A stretch of DNA of 64,000 bases from Polyangiaceae bacterium (lineage in GTDB: Bacteria; Myxococcota_A; Polyangia; Polyangiales; Polyangiaceae), in the NCBI GenBank assembly GCA_050287085.1, contig JBNKBE010000021.1, positions 1,124 to 65,123 on the forward strand. The letters are read 5' to 3'. A model generated the notes under the pieces. That model was not told where the DNA came from. It saw only the letters and a list, made by a program, of their open reading frames with translations, and searched no databases. Shown here in pieces: positions 35,506 to 43,489 of the stretch. Position numbers and translations under genes: made by a program. Position 1 is the first letter of the stretch; each line of letters begins with the position of its first letter.

Positions 35506-36861
35506 TCAGCGGGTGAGATAGGACAATTGGGAGTTGTAGGCAGCGACGGTTCCGTCCATTTCGGTGAAGGTCTTGCGCAAGCGTTCTTCGAGCCGTGTGA
35601 GGCGATCTTCCTCGCGCGTTAGTTGGTCGCCAAGCGAACTCGCTCGGCTATCAAGGCCGTCCTTGCGAACACTGAGGATGCCCGTGTCGGGTGCGTTCAG
35701 CGACTTTGCGATGTCTCGAATGAGGTCCATGATGCCGTCGGCGTCATCACCTCCGGCCAGCACTCTAGGTACCGCATTCGGATCGGTTGCCAAGGCGTCG
35801 TCCAGCTTGGTCCTGTCCAGCTTCAACGTGCCGTTGTTGTTGAGCTGAACACCCAGCGAGGCGAGGGTGTTGAAGCGATCGCCGCCGAATGTGGCCGTCA
35901 ACTTGCGACTGAGCTGATTGGTAATGCCTCGGAGCGTTGCGTCGCCGGTAAGAAACGGGTTGGTGCCCGCCTTCTCACCGAATCCGGCCAGCGTATGAAC
36001 CTTGTCGATGACGCCGTTGTAGGCCTTCACAAACGCATCCAGCTTGTCTCCCATTGCGGAAGAGTCGTTCTCGATGCTGACTTGAAAGGAGTCGCTTGTC
36101 TCCTTTAGAAGATTGAGTGTTACGCCGGAAATGGCGCTGGTGATCTTGTTGGTGGCACTCGTGACCTCGATGCCGTCGATCTCGACCAAGGCATTCTGCG
36201 CGGAGTGTACGATATTCGCTTGCTCGTTGAGACCGAGGGTGAGTCCGTTCTGGTCTACCGTCAGCTTGTTGTCTGCGCCGACGTCGAGTCCACGAAGCTG
36301 AATTCGGTACTGCTCGCCGTCGAAGAAGGACGAAGCCTGAACTCGTAGCCCGCTGTCATTGATCTTGCCAATGATGCTGCCAAGCGTGTCTTCGGGGTTG
36401 ATCTCGATGGCGGCGGTAGCCGCTCCAACGAGGATATTGCCCTCAGGATCCTGCAGGTCCCCGGTGCCGATCTGCAACGTTAGGGTACCGTTTTGCCCCA
36501 GCGCGCCGTTGGCACTGTCGAAGGCTTGAGAATAGCGGCGCTCGGCGCGCGCCAGCTGCGCGACGCGCACGTCGTAGCTGCCAGCCTGCGCACCTCCCGC
36601 GGCGGTTATCGTCAGTGAGTCTTCGTTGGCAGATGTGGCCTTGAAGCTACCTACTTTGGCTTCAGTGTCGAGGGCGCCTGCGGCCTTCTCGAGATCGGCC
36701 AGCAGGGTGCCCACCTCCGACAGTGACGTAACAGCGGCCCGCGCGGACGCCTGGCGGCTCTGCAGACGACTCAGAGGCTGGCGTGCTACGCCAACGAGGC
36801 CCTGGATGAGCCCCTCAACGTCCATTCCTGAACCGATTCCTCCAAATGTGACTGCGGGCAT
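35506..36861 (-). CDS. fliD: Flagellar filament cap protein FliD
   Basis: N-terminal FGGIGSGMDVEGLIQGLV and C-terminal TFTEMDGTVAAYNSQLSYL. Confidence 0.9.
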   Translation of the reverse strand: MPAVTFGGIGSGMDVEGLIQGLVGVARQPLSRLQSRQASARAAVTSLSEVGTLLADLEKAAGALDTEAKVGSFKATSANEDSLTITAAGGAQAGSYDVRVAQLARAERRYSQAFDSANGALGQNGTLTLQIGTGDLQDPEGNILVGAATAAIEINPEDTLGSIIGKINDSGLRVQASSFFDGEQYRIQLRGLDVGADNKLTVDQNGLTLGLNEQANIVHSAQNALVEIDGIEVTSATNKITSAISGVTLNLLKETSDSFQVSIENDSSAMGDKLDAFVKAYNGVIDKVHTLAGFGEKAGTNPFLTGDATLRGITNQLSRKLTATFGGDRFNTLASLGVQLNNNGTLKLDRTKLDDALATDPNAVPRVLAGGDDADGIMDLIRDIAKSLNAPDTGILSVRKDGLDSRASSLGDQLTREEDRLTRLEERLRKTFTEMDGTVAAYNSQLSYLTR

Positions 36862-36920
36862 AATCTTAGTAGTTCCCGACGGCGGACAACCGTCGGGAAG
36901 TCTCGACTCTCAAGGGTGGT

Positions 36921-36936
36921 TGCAATTACTTTGCCA
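36921..36936 (-). promoter_or_regulatory. sigma54 promoter candidate for fliD-fliS-MTase
   Basis: Minus strand reads TGGCAAAgtaaTTGCA. The -12 C lies 61 nt upstream of the fliD ATG. Confidence 0.6.
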
Positions 36937-37006
36937 ATAGGTGTCTACCTCAGGCGCGGACGAGTGAAAGGTGGAGGGCGGGTCGGACGCGCTTAGCGCC
37001 GCCTCG

Positions 37007-37834
37007 CTACTGAAGCAGGCTGGCTGCGAGTTGCGGAAGTTGGTTTGCTTGCGTCAAAATTGAGACACCTGCTTGCGTCAAAACCTGATTGCGGGACATG
37101 GCGGCCGTTTCATCGGCAACGTCCACATCGCGAATCCGAGAGTTCGCAGCGGACATGCTAAGGCGCATGGTTTGGATGTTGCTCGAGGCGACTTCGAGTC
37201 GGTTCATCACCGCGCCAAAGTTGGAACGGGTGGTAGACACCTTCATAATGGCATCGTCGATTACGGAAAGCGCTCCCAAGGCATTGTCGCTGGTAGCGCC
37301 GTCTACGGCCACAGTGCTGACGACCGTCGCTAGGTCGAGGTCGCCGAAATCGACGGTGATTTGATCGGAGGGGTCGTCGTTGAGCCCGACCTGGAATGTG
37401 ATACTCGACTGATCGGTGTTGATCAGCTCTTTCCCGTTGAACTTGGCGGAGTTCTGAATTCGAGTGATCTCTTCTTGGAGAAGTCCGAACTCGGTCTGAA
37501 CGAAGGAGCGATCTTGCTCGGTGAAACTCCCATTGGCGGCCTGCATGGCCAGCTCTCGCATACGCCCCAGTACTCCGTGGACTTCTGACAAGGCGCCTTC
37601 TGCCGTCTGCGCCATGGATATGGCGTCCGCTGCGTTGCGCTCGGCAACGGAATAGGACCGAATCTGTGACTTCAGGCCTTCGCTGATGGCAAGTCCAGCT
37701 GCATCGTCTGCAGCGGAGTTGATGCGGAAGCCACTTGATAGCTTGTCGAAACTCTTACTGAGCGCTGCCTGGTTTACGTGCAGGTTCTTCTGGGCCTGCA
37801 TGGATGGGATGTTGGTCTGTACGTTCAGTGCCAT
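37007..37834 (-). CDS. fliC: Flagellin (short, ~275 aa), copy 1
   Basis: MALNVQTNIPSMQAQKNL...SSGFRINSAADDAAGLAISE and C-terminal RIRDVDVADETAAMSRNQVLTQAGVSILTQANQLPQ. The start at 37834 has GGAG 5 nt upstream. Confidence 0.95.
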   Translation of the reverse strand: MALNVQTNIPSMQAQKNLHVNQAALSKSFDKLSSGFRINSAADDAAGLAISEGLKSQIRSYSVAERNAADAISMAQTAEGALSEVHGVLGRMRELAMQAANGSFTEQDRSFVQTEFGLLQEEITRIQNSAKFNGKELINTDQSSITFQVGLNDDPSDQITVDFGDLDLATVVSTVAVDGATSDNALGALSVIDDAIMKVSTTRSNFGAVMNRLEVASSNIQTMRLSMSAANSRIRDVDVADETAAMSRNQVLTQAGVSILTQANQLPQLAASLLQ

Positions 37835-37841
37835 AGATGCT

Positions 37842-37881
37842 CCGTCCTTGGAGAGAGTAATTCGCCCCCGTCCTTGGGGCG
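37842..37881 (-). promoter_or_regulatory. Two CsrA-type binding-site candidates in the fliC copy 1 leader
   Basis: The perfect 10-nt repeat CCAAGGACGG occurs twice (minus strand; plus coordinates 37868-37877 and 37842-37851). The distal copy sits in the 7-nt loop (AAGGACG) of a 6-bp hairpin, cgcccc/ggggcg (37863-37881). The proximal copy overlaps the SD. Confidence 0.5.
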
Positions 37882-37899
37882 AAGAGCGTCGGACTTGAC

Positions 37900-37927
37900 G
37901 CTTCGACTTTCGGGAACGGCACTTTGA
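37900..37927 (-). promoter_or_regulatory. Weak sigma28-type promoter candidate for fliC copy 1
   Basis: Minus strand TCAA-N16-GTCGAAGC versus TAAA-N15-GCCGATAA. Only a partial match. Confidence 0.25.
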
Positions 37928-38030
37928 ACACCGCCTTGAGAAGAATCTGACGGTGCGTCTGGCGGAGCATTGCGGACACACTACGCTGATCGGGCAAGCG
38001 TAGGCATCCTAGTCGGTTGGGTGGGCCGCT

Positions 38031-38858
38031 CTAGCCGAGGAGGCCAAAAGCGAGCTGTGGCAGCTGGTTGGACTGCGCCAGAACGGAGATGCCGGCTTGC
38101 GTCAGCACTTGATTGCGTGACAATGAGGCGGTCTCTTCCGCAACGTCAACGTCGCGGATGCGGGAGTTTGCGGCCGAGAGGTTGAGACGCATGGTCTGGA
38201 TGTTGCTCGATGCAACTTCCAGTCGGTTCATGACCGCCCCGAACTTAGAGCGGGCCGTCGATACGTCCGAGATGGCGGTATCGATCGCATCCAGCGAACT
38301 CAGCGCATTGGTCGCTTCCGCTCCACCGACCTCGATGGTGTCGGTGACACCGCTCAGGTCTACGCCGCCCAATTCGATTTCAATCTGATCGTTTGCATCG
38401 TTGTTGAGACCCACTTGCAACGTCAGCGTCTCGGCGTCGGTGGCCACCAGCGAGCGATTGTTGAACTTGGCAGAGCCCTGAATGCGCGATATCTCCGACT
38501 GAAGCGACGAAAATTCTGTCTGAAGAAACCCTCTGTCCGTCTCGTTGAGACTGCCGTTTGCGGACTGGACTGCAAGCTCGCGCATGCGCCCTAGAATATC
38601 GTGCACTTCGCCGAGCGCACCTTCCGCTGTTTGCGCCATTGAGATGCCGTCCGACGCGTTGCGTTCCGCCACCGAAAATGAACGGATCTGGGACTTCATG
38701 CTTTCGCTGATGGCGAGTCCCGCCGCGTCGTCGGCGGCCGTGTTGATGCGATAGCCGCTGGAGAGCTTGTTGAAGCTCTTCATCAGCCTTGCTTGGCTGG
38801 AGCCCAGGTTCTTCTGAGCTTCCATCGAAGCAGTGTTGGTTCTAATGAATAGCGCCAT
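38031..38858 (-). CDS. fliC: Flagellin (short, ~275 aa), copy 2
   Basis: MALFIRTNTASMEAQKNL...SSGYRINTAADDAAGLAISE, with a conserved C-terminus. GGAAGGA lies upstream of the ATG at 38858. Confidence 0.95.
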   Translation of the reverse strand: MALFIRTNTASMEAQKNLGSSQARLMKSFNKLSSGYRINTAADDAAGLAISESMKSQIRSFSVAERNASDGISMAQTAEGALGEVHDILGRMRELAVQSANGSLNETDRGFLQTEFSSLQSEISRIQGSAKFNNRSLVATDAETLTLQVGLNNDANDQIEIELGGVDLSGVTDTIEVGGAEATNALSSLDAIDTAISDVSTARSKFGAVMNRLEVASSNIQTMRLNLSAANSRIRDVDVAEETASLSRNQVLTQAGISVLAQSNQLPQLAFGLLG

Positions 38859-38913
38859 ACTTCCTTCCGTGGAATGAGTAGACCAAATGAGAGCGTCAAT
38901 GCCCTCACTCCCA

Positions 38914-38940
38914 CGAACGGAGCAAGCAGAACGGGCTTGA
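38914..38940 (-). promoter_or_regulatory. Weak sigma28-type promoter candidate for fliC copy 2
   Basis: Minus strand TCAA-N15-TCCGTTCG. It shares a TCAA(A)G-N-CCGTTC box with the copy 1 upstream region. Only a partial match. Confidence 0.2.
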
Positions 38941-39272
38941 GCAAAAATCGCCACACCCTCGGGGTTGACCTGTTGGGTCAAGCGGTCGCGCTGACAAGAG
39001 AAGTCAGGCGCGGGGGAACGGCGTAGTGCGCGCTAGCGAGACGGTGTGATGCGACTTCACACCTATGGTACCGGAACTCCCTGGTGGGAGCTCCAAACCG
39101 TAGATCGGGTAATCTCGGGTTACGGAAGGGAAGTAGCGCGGGATCGGGTAGTGCGCTGGGCCAGTGGCCTTCCGTATCCAGGGGTAACGGTTCGGGGCTC
39201 CACTTCTGAAGCGAAAAGCTCGGCCGCGGCGGGGGGGGGCACGCGCGCCAGAACGGCGCGGCCCAACCTGGA

Positions 39273-40103
39273 TCATTGCAGCAGGTTGAGGGCCAGCTGA
39301 GGCAGTTGGTTGGACTGCGACAACACGCTCACACCGGCTTGCGATAGTACTTGGTTGCGCGCCAGCATTGCGGTTTCCTCGGCCACGTCCACGTCGCGTA
39401 TGCGGGAGTTCGCTGCGGCCAGGTTCAGGCGCATCGTAGCGATCGAGGAGGTGGTGATCTCGAGCCGGTTCATCGCAGCACCGTACTTGGCTCGCTCGGT
39501 CGAGAGCACCTGCATCGAGGCGTCGATGACATCCAACGCCGCGAGGGCTGCGTCAGTGTTGTCTCCGGCGACGGTGTTTGCGTCGTCGAGGACGGCAGTT
39601 AAACCAAAGCCGCCGAAAGTGACTTGTAGTTGGTCCGACGAGGTGTTGTATAGGCCGACCTGGAAGGTGATCGTTTCGACGATTGAGTCCAGCAGCTCTT
39701 TGCCATTGAAGCGCGCGGAGCCCTGAATGCGAGCAACTTCTTGCTTGAGGGCCTGATACTCGGTGTCTAGATACCCGCGGTCGATTTCGGTCAAGCTACC
39801 GTTCGCTCCTTGCATCGCCAGCTCTCGCATGCGGCCCATGATCGACTGCACTTCGCTCAGGGCGCCTTCTGCCGTCTGCACCATACTGATTGCGTCATTC
39901 GCGTTTCTCTCGGCCACCGTGTAGGAGCGAATCTGGGTCATCATGCTTTCGCTGATGGCAAGTCCCGCCGCGTCGTCGGCAGCGGTATTGATGCGGAACC
40001 CGCTCGATAGTCGATTGAAGCTCTTCTGGAGTGACTGGTTGGCTTTGGTGAGGTTCTTCTGAGCCTCTAAGGAGGGCAGATTGGTGCGAATCAGCAGCGG
40101 CAT
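39273..40103 (-). CDS. fliC: Flagellin (short, ~276 aa), copy 3
   Basis: MPLLIRTNLPSLEAQKNL...SSGFRINTAADDAAGLAISE, with a conserved C-terminus. Its start overlaps the end of the Maf-like ORF by 13 nt. Confidence 0.95.
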   Translation of the reverse strand: MPLLIRTNLPSLEAQKNLTKANQSLQKSFNRLSSGFRINTAADDAAGLAISESMMTQIRSYTVAERNANDAISMVQTAEGALSEVQSIMGRMRELAMQGANGSLTEIDRGYLDTEYQALKQEVARIQGSARFNGKELLDSIVETITFQVGLYNTSSDQLQVTFGGFGLTAVLDDANTVAGDNTDAALAALDVIDASMQVLSTERAKYGAAMNRLEITTSSIATMRLNLAAANSRIRDVDVAEETAMLARNQVLSQAGVSVLSQSNQLPQLALNLLQ

Positions 40104-42004
40104 GTTGAAATCCCTTTCGTTGGGCCGTTTGTTGGGTTGAGCCCTCCAACGAACTGTTGGAGTAGACTCTCGAGCTCTAGCGCGGAGTGATTGAGTGTCG
40201 AAGCAAGCGCTGTGCCGAGACGAAGTGTTTGGTCGGGGCCTCTCGGACCGGCGTCTTGCGACCCAAGCAGGGTGCAGACGGCTCCTTGAACCCACGCGTC
40301 GAGTAGCGGCGTGTTGTGAACAGCTTTGCGCAGCTGAGCATCCGCTGTGTCGAGTCGTTCGAAGGTTTCCGGAAGAGTCTTCGGATCGAGGAGCGTGCTC
40401 AGCGCATTCTCGGAATAGGTCGTGAATTCCTGGGCACGGGTCCGACTGGTCTTCAGACGAAGAATCTGTGTCTCGGCCCACGTCGCCAGCTGCTCGGTGG
40501 TCAGCGTGTTACCACGGAGGGTCGCGGCTGCATTGATATCATCCGGGGTCAAGGCGCGCTCGGGCAGCGTCAGGAGCAGGTCACGGAGCGGGACGTCCTC
40601 GAAGCCCGGTACGTGGGCGCCGCCTTCGGTGGCATTGACGAGGCGTGGTGAGTCGGAGCGACCCCGAAGTTCCGCGGCTGCGTCAGAAAACCAGCGGTGC
40701 ACAGCGCTAAGGCTGACGCCACTGGCGACGCGCGGTCCTTGCCCCCAGCCGGGAAGCCAGTGAAGGGGTTCGGCTACTTGGCGCCGGCCGAATTGGGTGC
40801 CGTGGGCTTCGATCAGTCGCTCGCTCCAGGCAAATGACAAGGCCTGACCGTCGTCGTCAATGGCTGCAGTTGATTGTTCGTAGCCAGTGCCGGTTGCGTA
40901 GGCACGTCCGTTTGGATACGACATGTCCTGCCCAACCAGGACAATGGGATCGCAGCCGAGCAGCAACGCGGTCGAGAATGCGGCGCTGCTCACGCTTCCG
41001 GCGACTGTAAGCCCCGGGTGACCCGTGAGCTGCTGGAGCGGGCTTGCAAGCTGCCAGAGGCCCTCGAAGAAGGGCAATAGGGGGCCGCTACCAACACGTA
41101 GATTGTTGGGGTGAGAGGAAAGACTGAGCACGCGAACCGCCGAGTCGAGCAGCGGGTTGTCTTTGAGCGTATCTGATAGGTCGATAGACTCGAGACAGCA
41201 GAGCATCTGCGCCTGCACGCCAGCGTGCGCCAGGGCGGCAGCTGACGAGTTTGCGCAGATGACGATTCCTTTCTGCGTCGCGATGGCTAGCTCACGTACG
41301 TTCTTGTCCAAGGAAGGGCCCGCTCCGACGATGAACGCAGGCGTCTTCGAAAAGGCCCCTTGGAGAGACTGAAGCAGTGGGCGCTGAGTCAAGAGGTCCA
41401 AGTTTCTGACAATATGCTCGACCCAGGCGCGGCCGCGCATGCTGATGGTAGACTGTGAGGCGGTGTTGCGCTGAACCAGTCGATTGATCTCTTCCCGAAC
41501 TCGAATGGCGGCGTCGGGAAAGGCTGCCTCGTAGCCAGCGGTGACCAGGAGCCGCGCCGATACCGCGTTCGGTACCAGTTGGTGCCAGGCCGTCAGTAGC
41601 TCCTCATAGTTGCCGACGAGCCGGGTGCGGCCGAGCGCTAGCGGGGCTGATGACAAGGCGACGCGTGCGAGCCCAGGGCAGGGGTCATACACGATGCAGG
41701 GGGCGTCGCTGAAGTGGCGGAGCGCCAATACCGTATGGCCAAGCCCAAGCCCAAATACGACCGCGACCTCGTCGCTGCGAAGCTGTCCGATCTGTTCTTC
41801 GAGTGCCAAGGGGCTTGGACCCCGCCCAAGCTCACAACCGTCCCGGAGAAGTACGACGTCTTGCTCATCACTCGTGAGGAGGGTGCCCTCCGATTGGGCT
41901 GCCAGTATCTCGCTCGCATACTGTGGGGCAAGCTCGAGGGTCTCTAGGTTCTCTGCGAGCAGCTCGTCTGGCGAGACGTATAGTTCCAGGGGGGCACGGA
42001 TCAC
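40091..42004 (-). CDS. Maf-like motility accessory factor (DUF115; putative flagellin glycosyltransferase)
   Basis: Central DUF115 pattern PAFIVGAGPSLDKNV....GIVICANSSAAAL...GV.A....CLESID. About 640 aa, as in Maf proteins. It sits between csrA and the flagellins. Confidence 0.8.
   Translation of the reverse strand: MIRAPLELYVSPDELLAENLETLELAPQYASEILAAQSEGTLLTSDEQDVVLLRDGCELGRGPSPLALEEQIGQLRSDEVAVVFGLGLGHTVLALRHFSDAPCIVYDPCPGLARVALSSAPLALGRTRLVGNYEELLTAWHQLVPNAVSARLLVTAGYEAAFPDAAIRVREEINRLVQRNTASQSTISMRGRAWVEHIVRNLDLLTQRPLLQSLQGAFSKTPAFIVGAGPSLDKNVRELAIATQKGIVICANSSAAALAHAGVQAQMLCCLESIDLSDTLKDNPLLDSAVRVLSLSSHPNNLRVGSGPLLPFFEGLWQLASPLQQLTGHPGLTVAGSVSSAAFSTALLLGCDPIVLVGQDMSYPNGRAYATGTGYEQSTAAIDDDGQALSFAWSERLIEAHGTQFGRRQVAEPLHWLPGWGQGPRVASGVSLSAVHRWFSDAAAELRGRSDSPRLVNATEGGAHVPGFEDVPLRDLLLTLPERALTPDDINAAATLRGNTLTTEQLATWAETQILRLKTSRTRAQEFTTYSENALSTLLDPKTLPETFERLDTADAQLRKAVHNTPLLDAWVQGAVCTLLGSQDAGPRGPDQTLRLGTALASTLNHSALELESLLQQFVGGLNPTNGPTKGISTCRC
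40202..40217 (-). promoter_or_regulatory. sigma54 promoter candidate for fliC copy 3 (inside the 3' end of the Maf-like gene)
   Basis: Minus strand CGGCACAgcgcTTGCT. The -12 C lies 100 nt upstream of the ATG. Confidence 0.55.
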
Positions 42005-42384
42005 CCAGCCTCCCTACCGCCCGTAGGCGTGTCATCCGCGGTCGCATCGCGGGCGGGGCGCCGGCGGATGATGTCTGGACCGTTTTGCTTTTGACGGGCA
42101 TCGCCGCCAGACAGTTGACGAGCGGCAAGGGGGGCGGGCGCTGCCGCGGGCACGTCTCCTGCGTTGGTCAGCTGCGGATCGAGGTCGAGGAGGCCGTCGA
42201 GGTTCTCCAACGCATCACGGTTGGCCGATTCTATGCTGTCGTGAACTTCGCCGCGCAACACGGAATAGCCCCGCGGAGCGCTGATTCCGAGTTTGACGCT
42301 GCTTCGGTGCAGCTCCGTGACAACAAGCTCGATCTCGTCGCCAATCGTAATCCGCTGTCCCTTGCGTCTGGAGATAACTAGCAT
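42001..42384 (-). CDS. csrA: Carbon storage regulator CsrA with a long C-terminal extension
   Basis: MLVISRRKGQRITIGDEIELVVTELHRSSVKLGISAPRGYSVLRGEV, followed by ~60 extra low-complexity residues (127 aa in total). There is a 4-nt overlap with the Maf-like gene start. Confidence 0.9.
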   Translation of the reverse strand: MLVISRRKGQRITIGDEIELVVTELHRSSVKLGISAPRGYSVLRGEVHDSIESANRDALENLDGLLDLDPQLTNAGDVPAAAPAPLAARQLSGGDARQKQNGPDIIRRRPARDATADDTPTGGREAG

Positions 42385-42400
42385 GATTGAGCCTCTCCTA

Positions 42401-42416
42401 TGCACGAGTGGTGCCA
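42401..42416 (-). promoter_or_regulatory. sigma54 promoter candidate for csrA-maf
   Basis: Minus strand TGGCACCactcGTGCA. The -12 C lies 18 nt before the csrA ATG. Confidence 0.5.
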
Positions 42417-42610
42417 CAGTATTCGGCGGCGCTAGTTTGGGCACAACGGCGCAGAAGAGGAACATGGCCAACGCGTCGCGGCTGAGGTGTCGCGGTCGAC
42501 GGCGCCGCCCGGCTTCCCTCCCGCCTCCGCCAAGCGGGCGTGCGCTTCTGACGACCTATGATTCGGTCACCTTGGTCGACACCCAATGCAGTCGGTTGGG
42601 TTTCACGGCG

Positions 42611-43489
42611 CTAGAAGCGCGTCAAGGTCATACCGAGCGTTGAGCGCGCTACCGCGATAGCCTGCTCCAGCGTCTGAGAAAGAGACGTGAGATCGCTGAA
42701 CGCAGCCACCATGTCGGCGTCGGTGATATCAGAGCTCCGCTGCGTGAGCGTCACTTCTCCCTGGGCCAATGTCTCGGATGCCGTGTCGAGGCGATTGAGA
42801 ATCAGTCCCGCTTCTGCACGACTGCGGACGATTTGCTCGTGGGCGGCGTCGATGCCGTCCAGGCTGGCCGCGATGCCGGCACCGTCGTCGGCCTCCAGCG
42901 CGGTGATCAGCGCGCTGATTTCGGTGAAGGCATTGACCCCGCCACCGCTTCCGCCGAACGTCTGATTACCATCGATATTAACCTGCACGGTGAATCCGGC
43001 GGCGATCTCCAGTGAGCGCACGCCATCATCGCCATTGTAGATGCCCCCGTTGGTGAACGCGGCGGTTTCCGTTTGATGACCGGAAAACAAATAGCCGTAG
43101 GAGCCCTGGGTGTTGGCAAGATTCTTCAGTTCATCCCATAGGCCACGCGCGTCTCTTGCGAGCAAGGCACGATTGTCTGCGTTCAGCGAGTCGTTGGCGC
43201 CCTGTAGCGCCAGTTCTCGGATGCGTCGCATGACGTCGGTGGCCTGTTCGAGGGCATTTTCGGAGGTGGCGACATCTCCGCGCGCTGTTTGAATGTTCTG
43301 CTGGTAGGTCTGAACCATTCGCAACGTACTCTGGATGCGCGTGACCTGACCTGCTCCAAGTGGGTCTTCGGATGGCGAGTCCAGCCGTAGACCCGTAGAC
43401 GCTCTGCGAGTGGCGTCTGCGTGTCGCGCCTGCAGAGAGCCTAGGTTTTCGTTTAGGCTCCGAAAGCGCATGTTGTCGGTGACCCGCAT
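42611..43489 (-). CDS. flgL: Flagellar hook-filament junction protein FlgL
   Basis: MRVTDNMRF..L...L......RR.STGLRLDSPSEDP, a flagellin-like N- and C-terminus, 292 aa. Confidence 0.9.
   Translation of the reverse strand: MRVTDNMRFRSLNENLGSLQARHADATRRASTGLRLDSPSEDPLGAGQVTRIQSTLRMVQTYQQNIQTARGDVATSENALEQATDVMRRIRELALQGANDSLNADNRALLARDARGLWDELKNLANTQGSYGYLFSGHQTETAAFTNGGIYNGDDGVRSLEIAAGFTVQVNIDGNQTFGGSGGGVNAFTEISALITALEADDGAGIAASLDGIDAAHEQIVRSRAEAGLILNRLDTASETLAQGEVTLTQRSSDITDADMVAAFSDLTSLSQTLEQAIAVARSTLGMTLTRF

Noticed and set aside
38935-38955. TGGCGATTTTTGC upstream of fliC copy 2 as a sigma54 promoter
   Set aside because: The GG-to-GC spacing is 8 nt instead of the required 10 nt.
39004-39300. 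Small ORFs (90 aa minus, 84 aa plus) in the fliC copy 3 to copy 2 intergenic region
   Set aside because: Both lack an RBS, domain signal and codon periodicity. The region is more likely the untranslated spacer and promoter for fliC copy 2.
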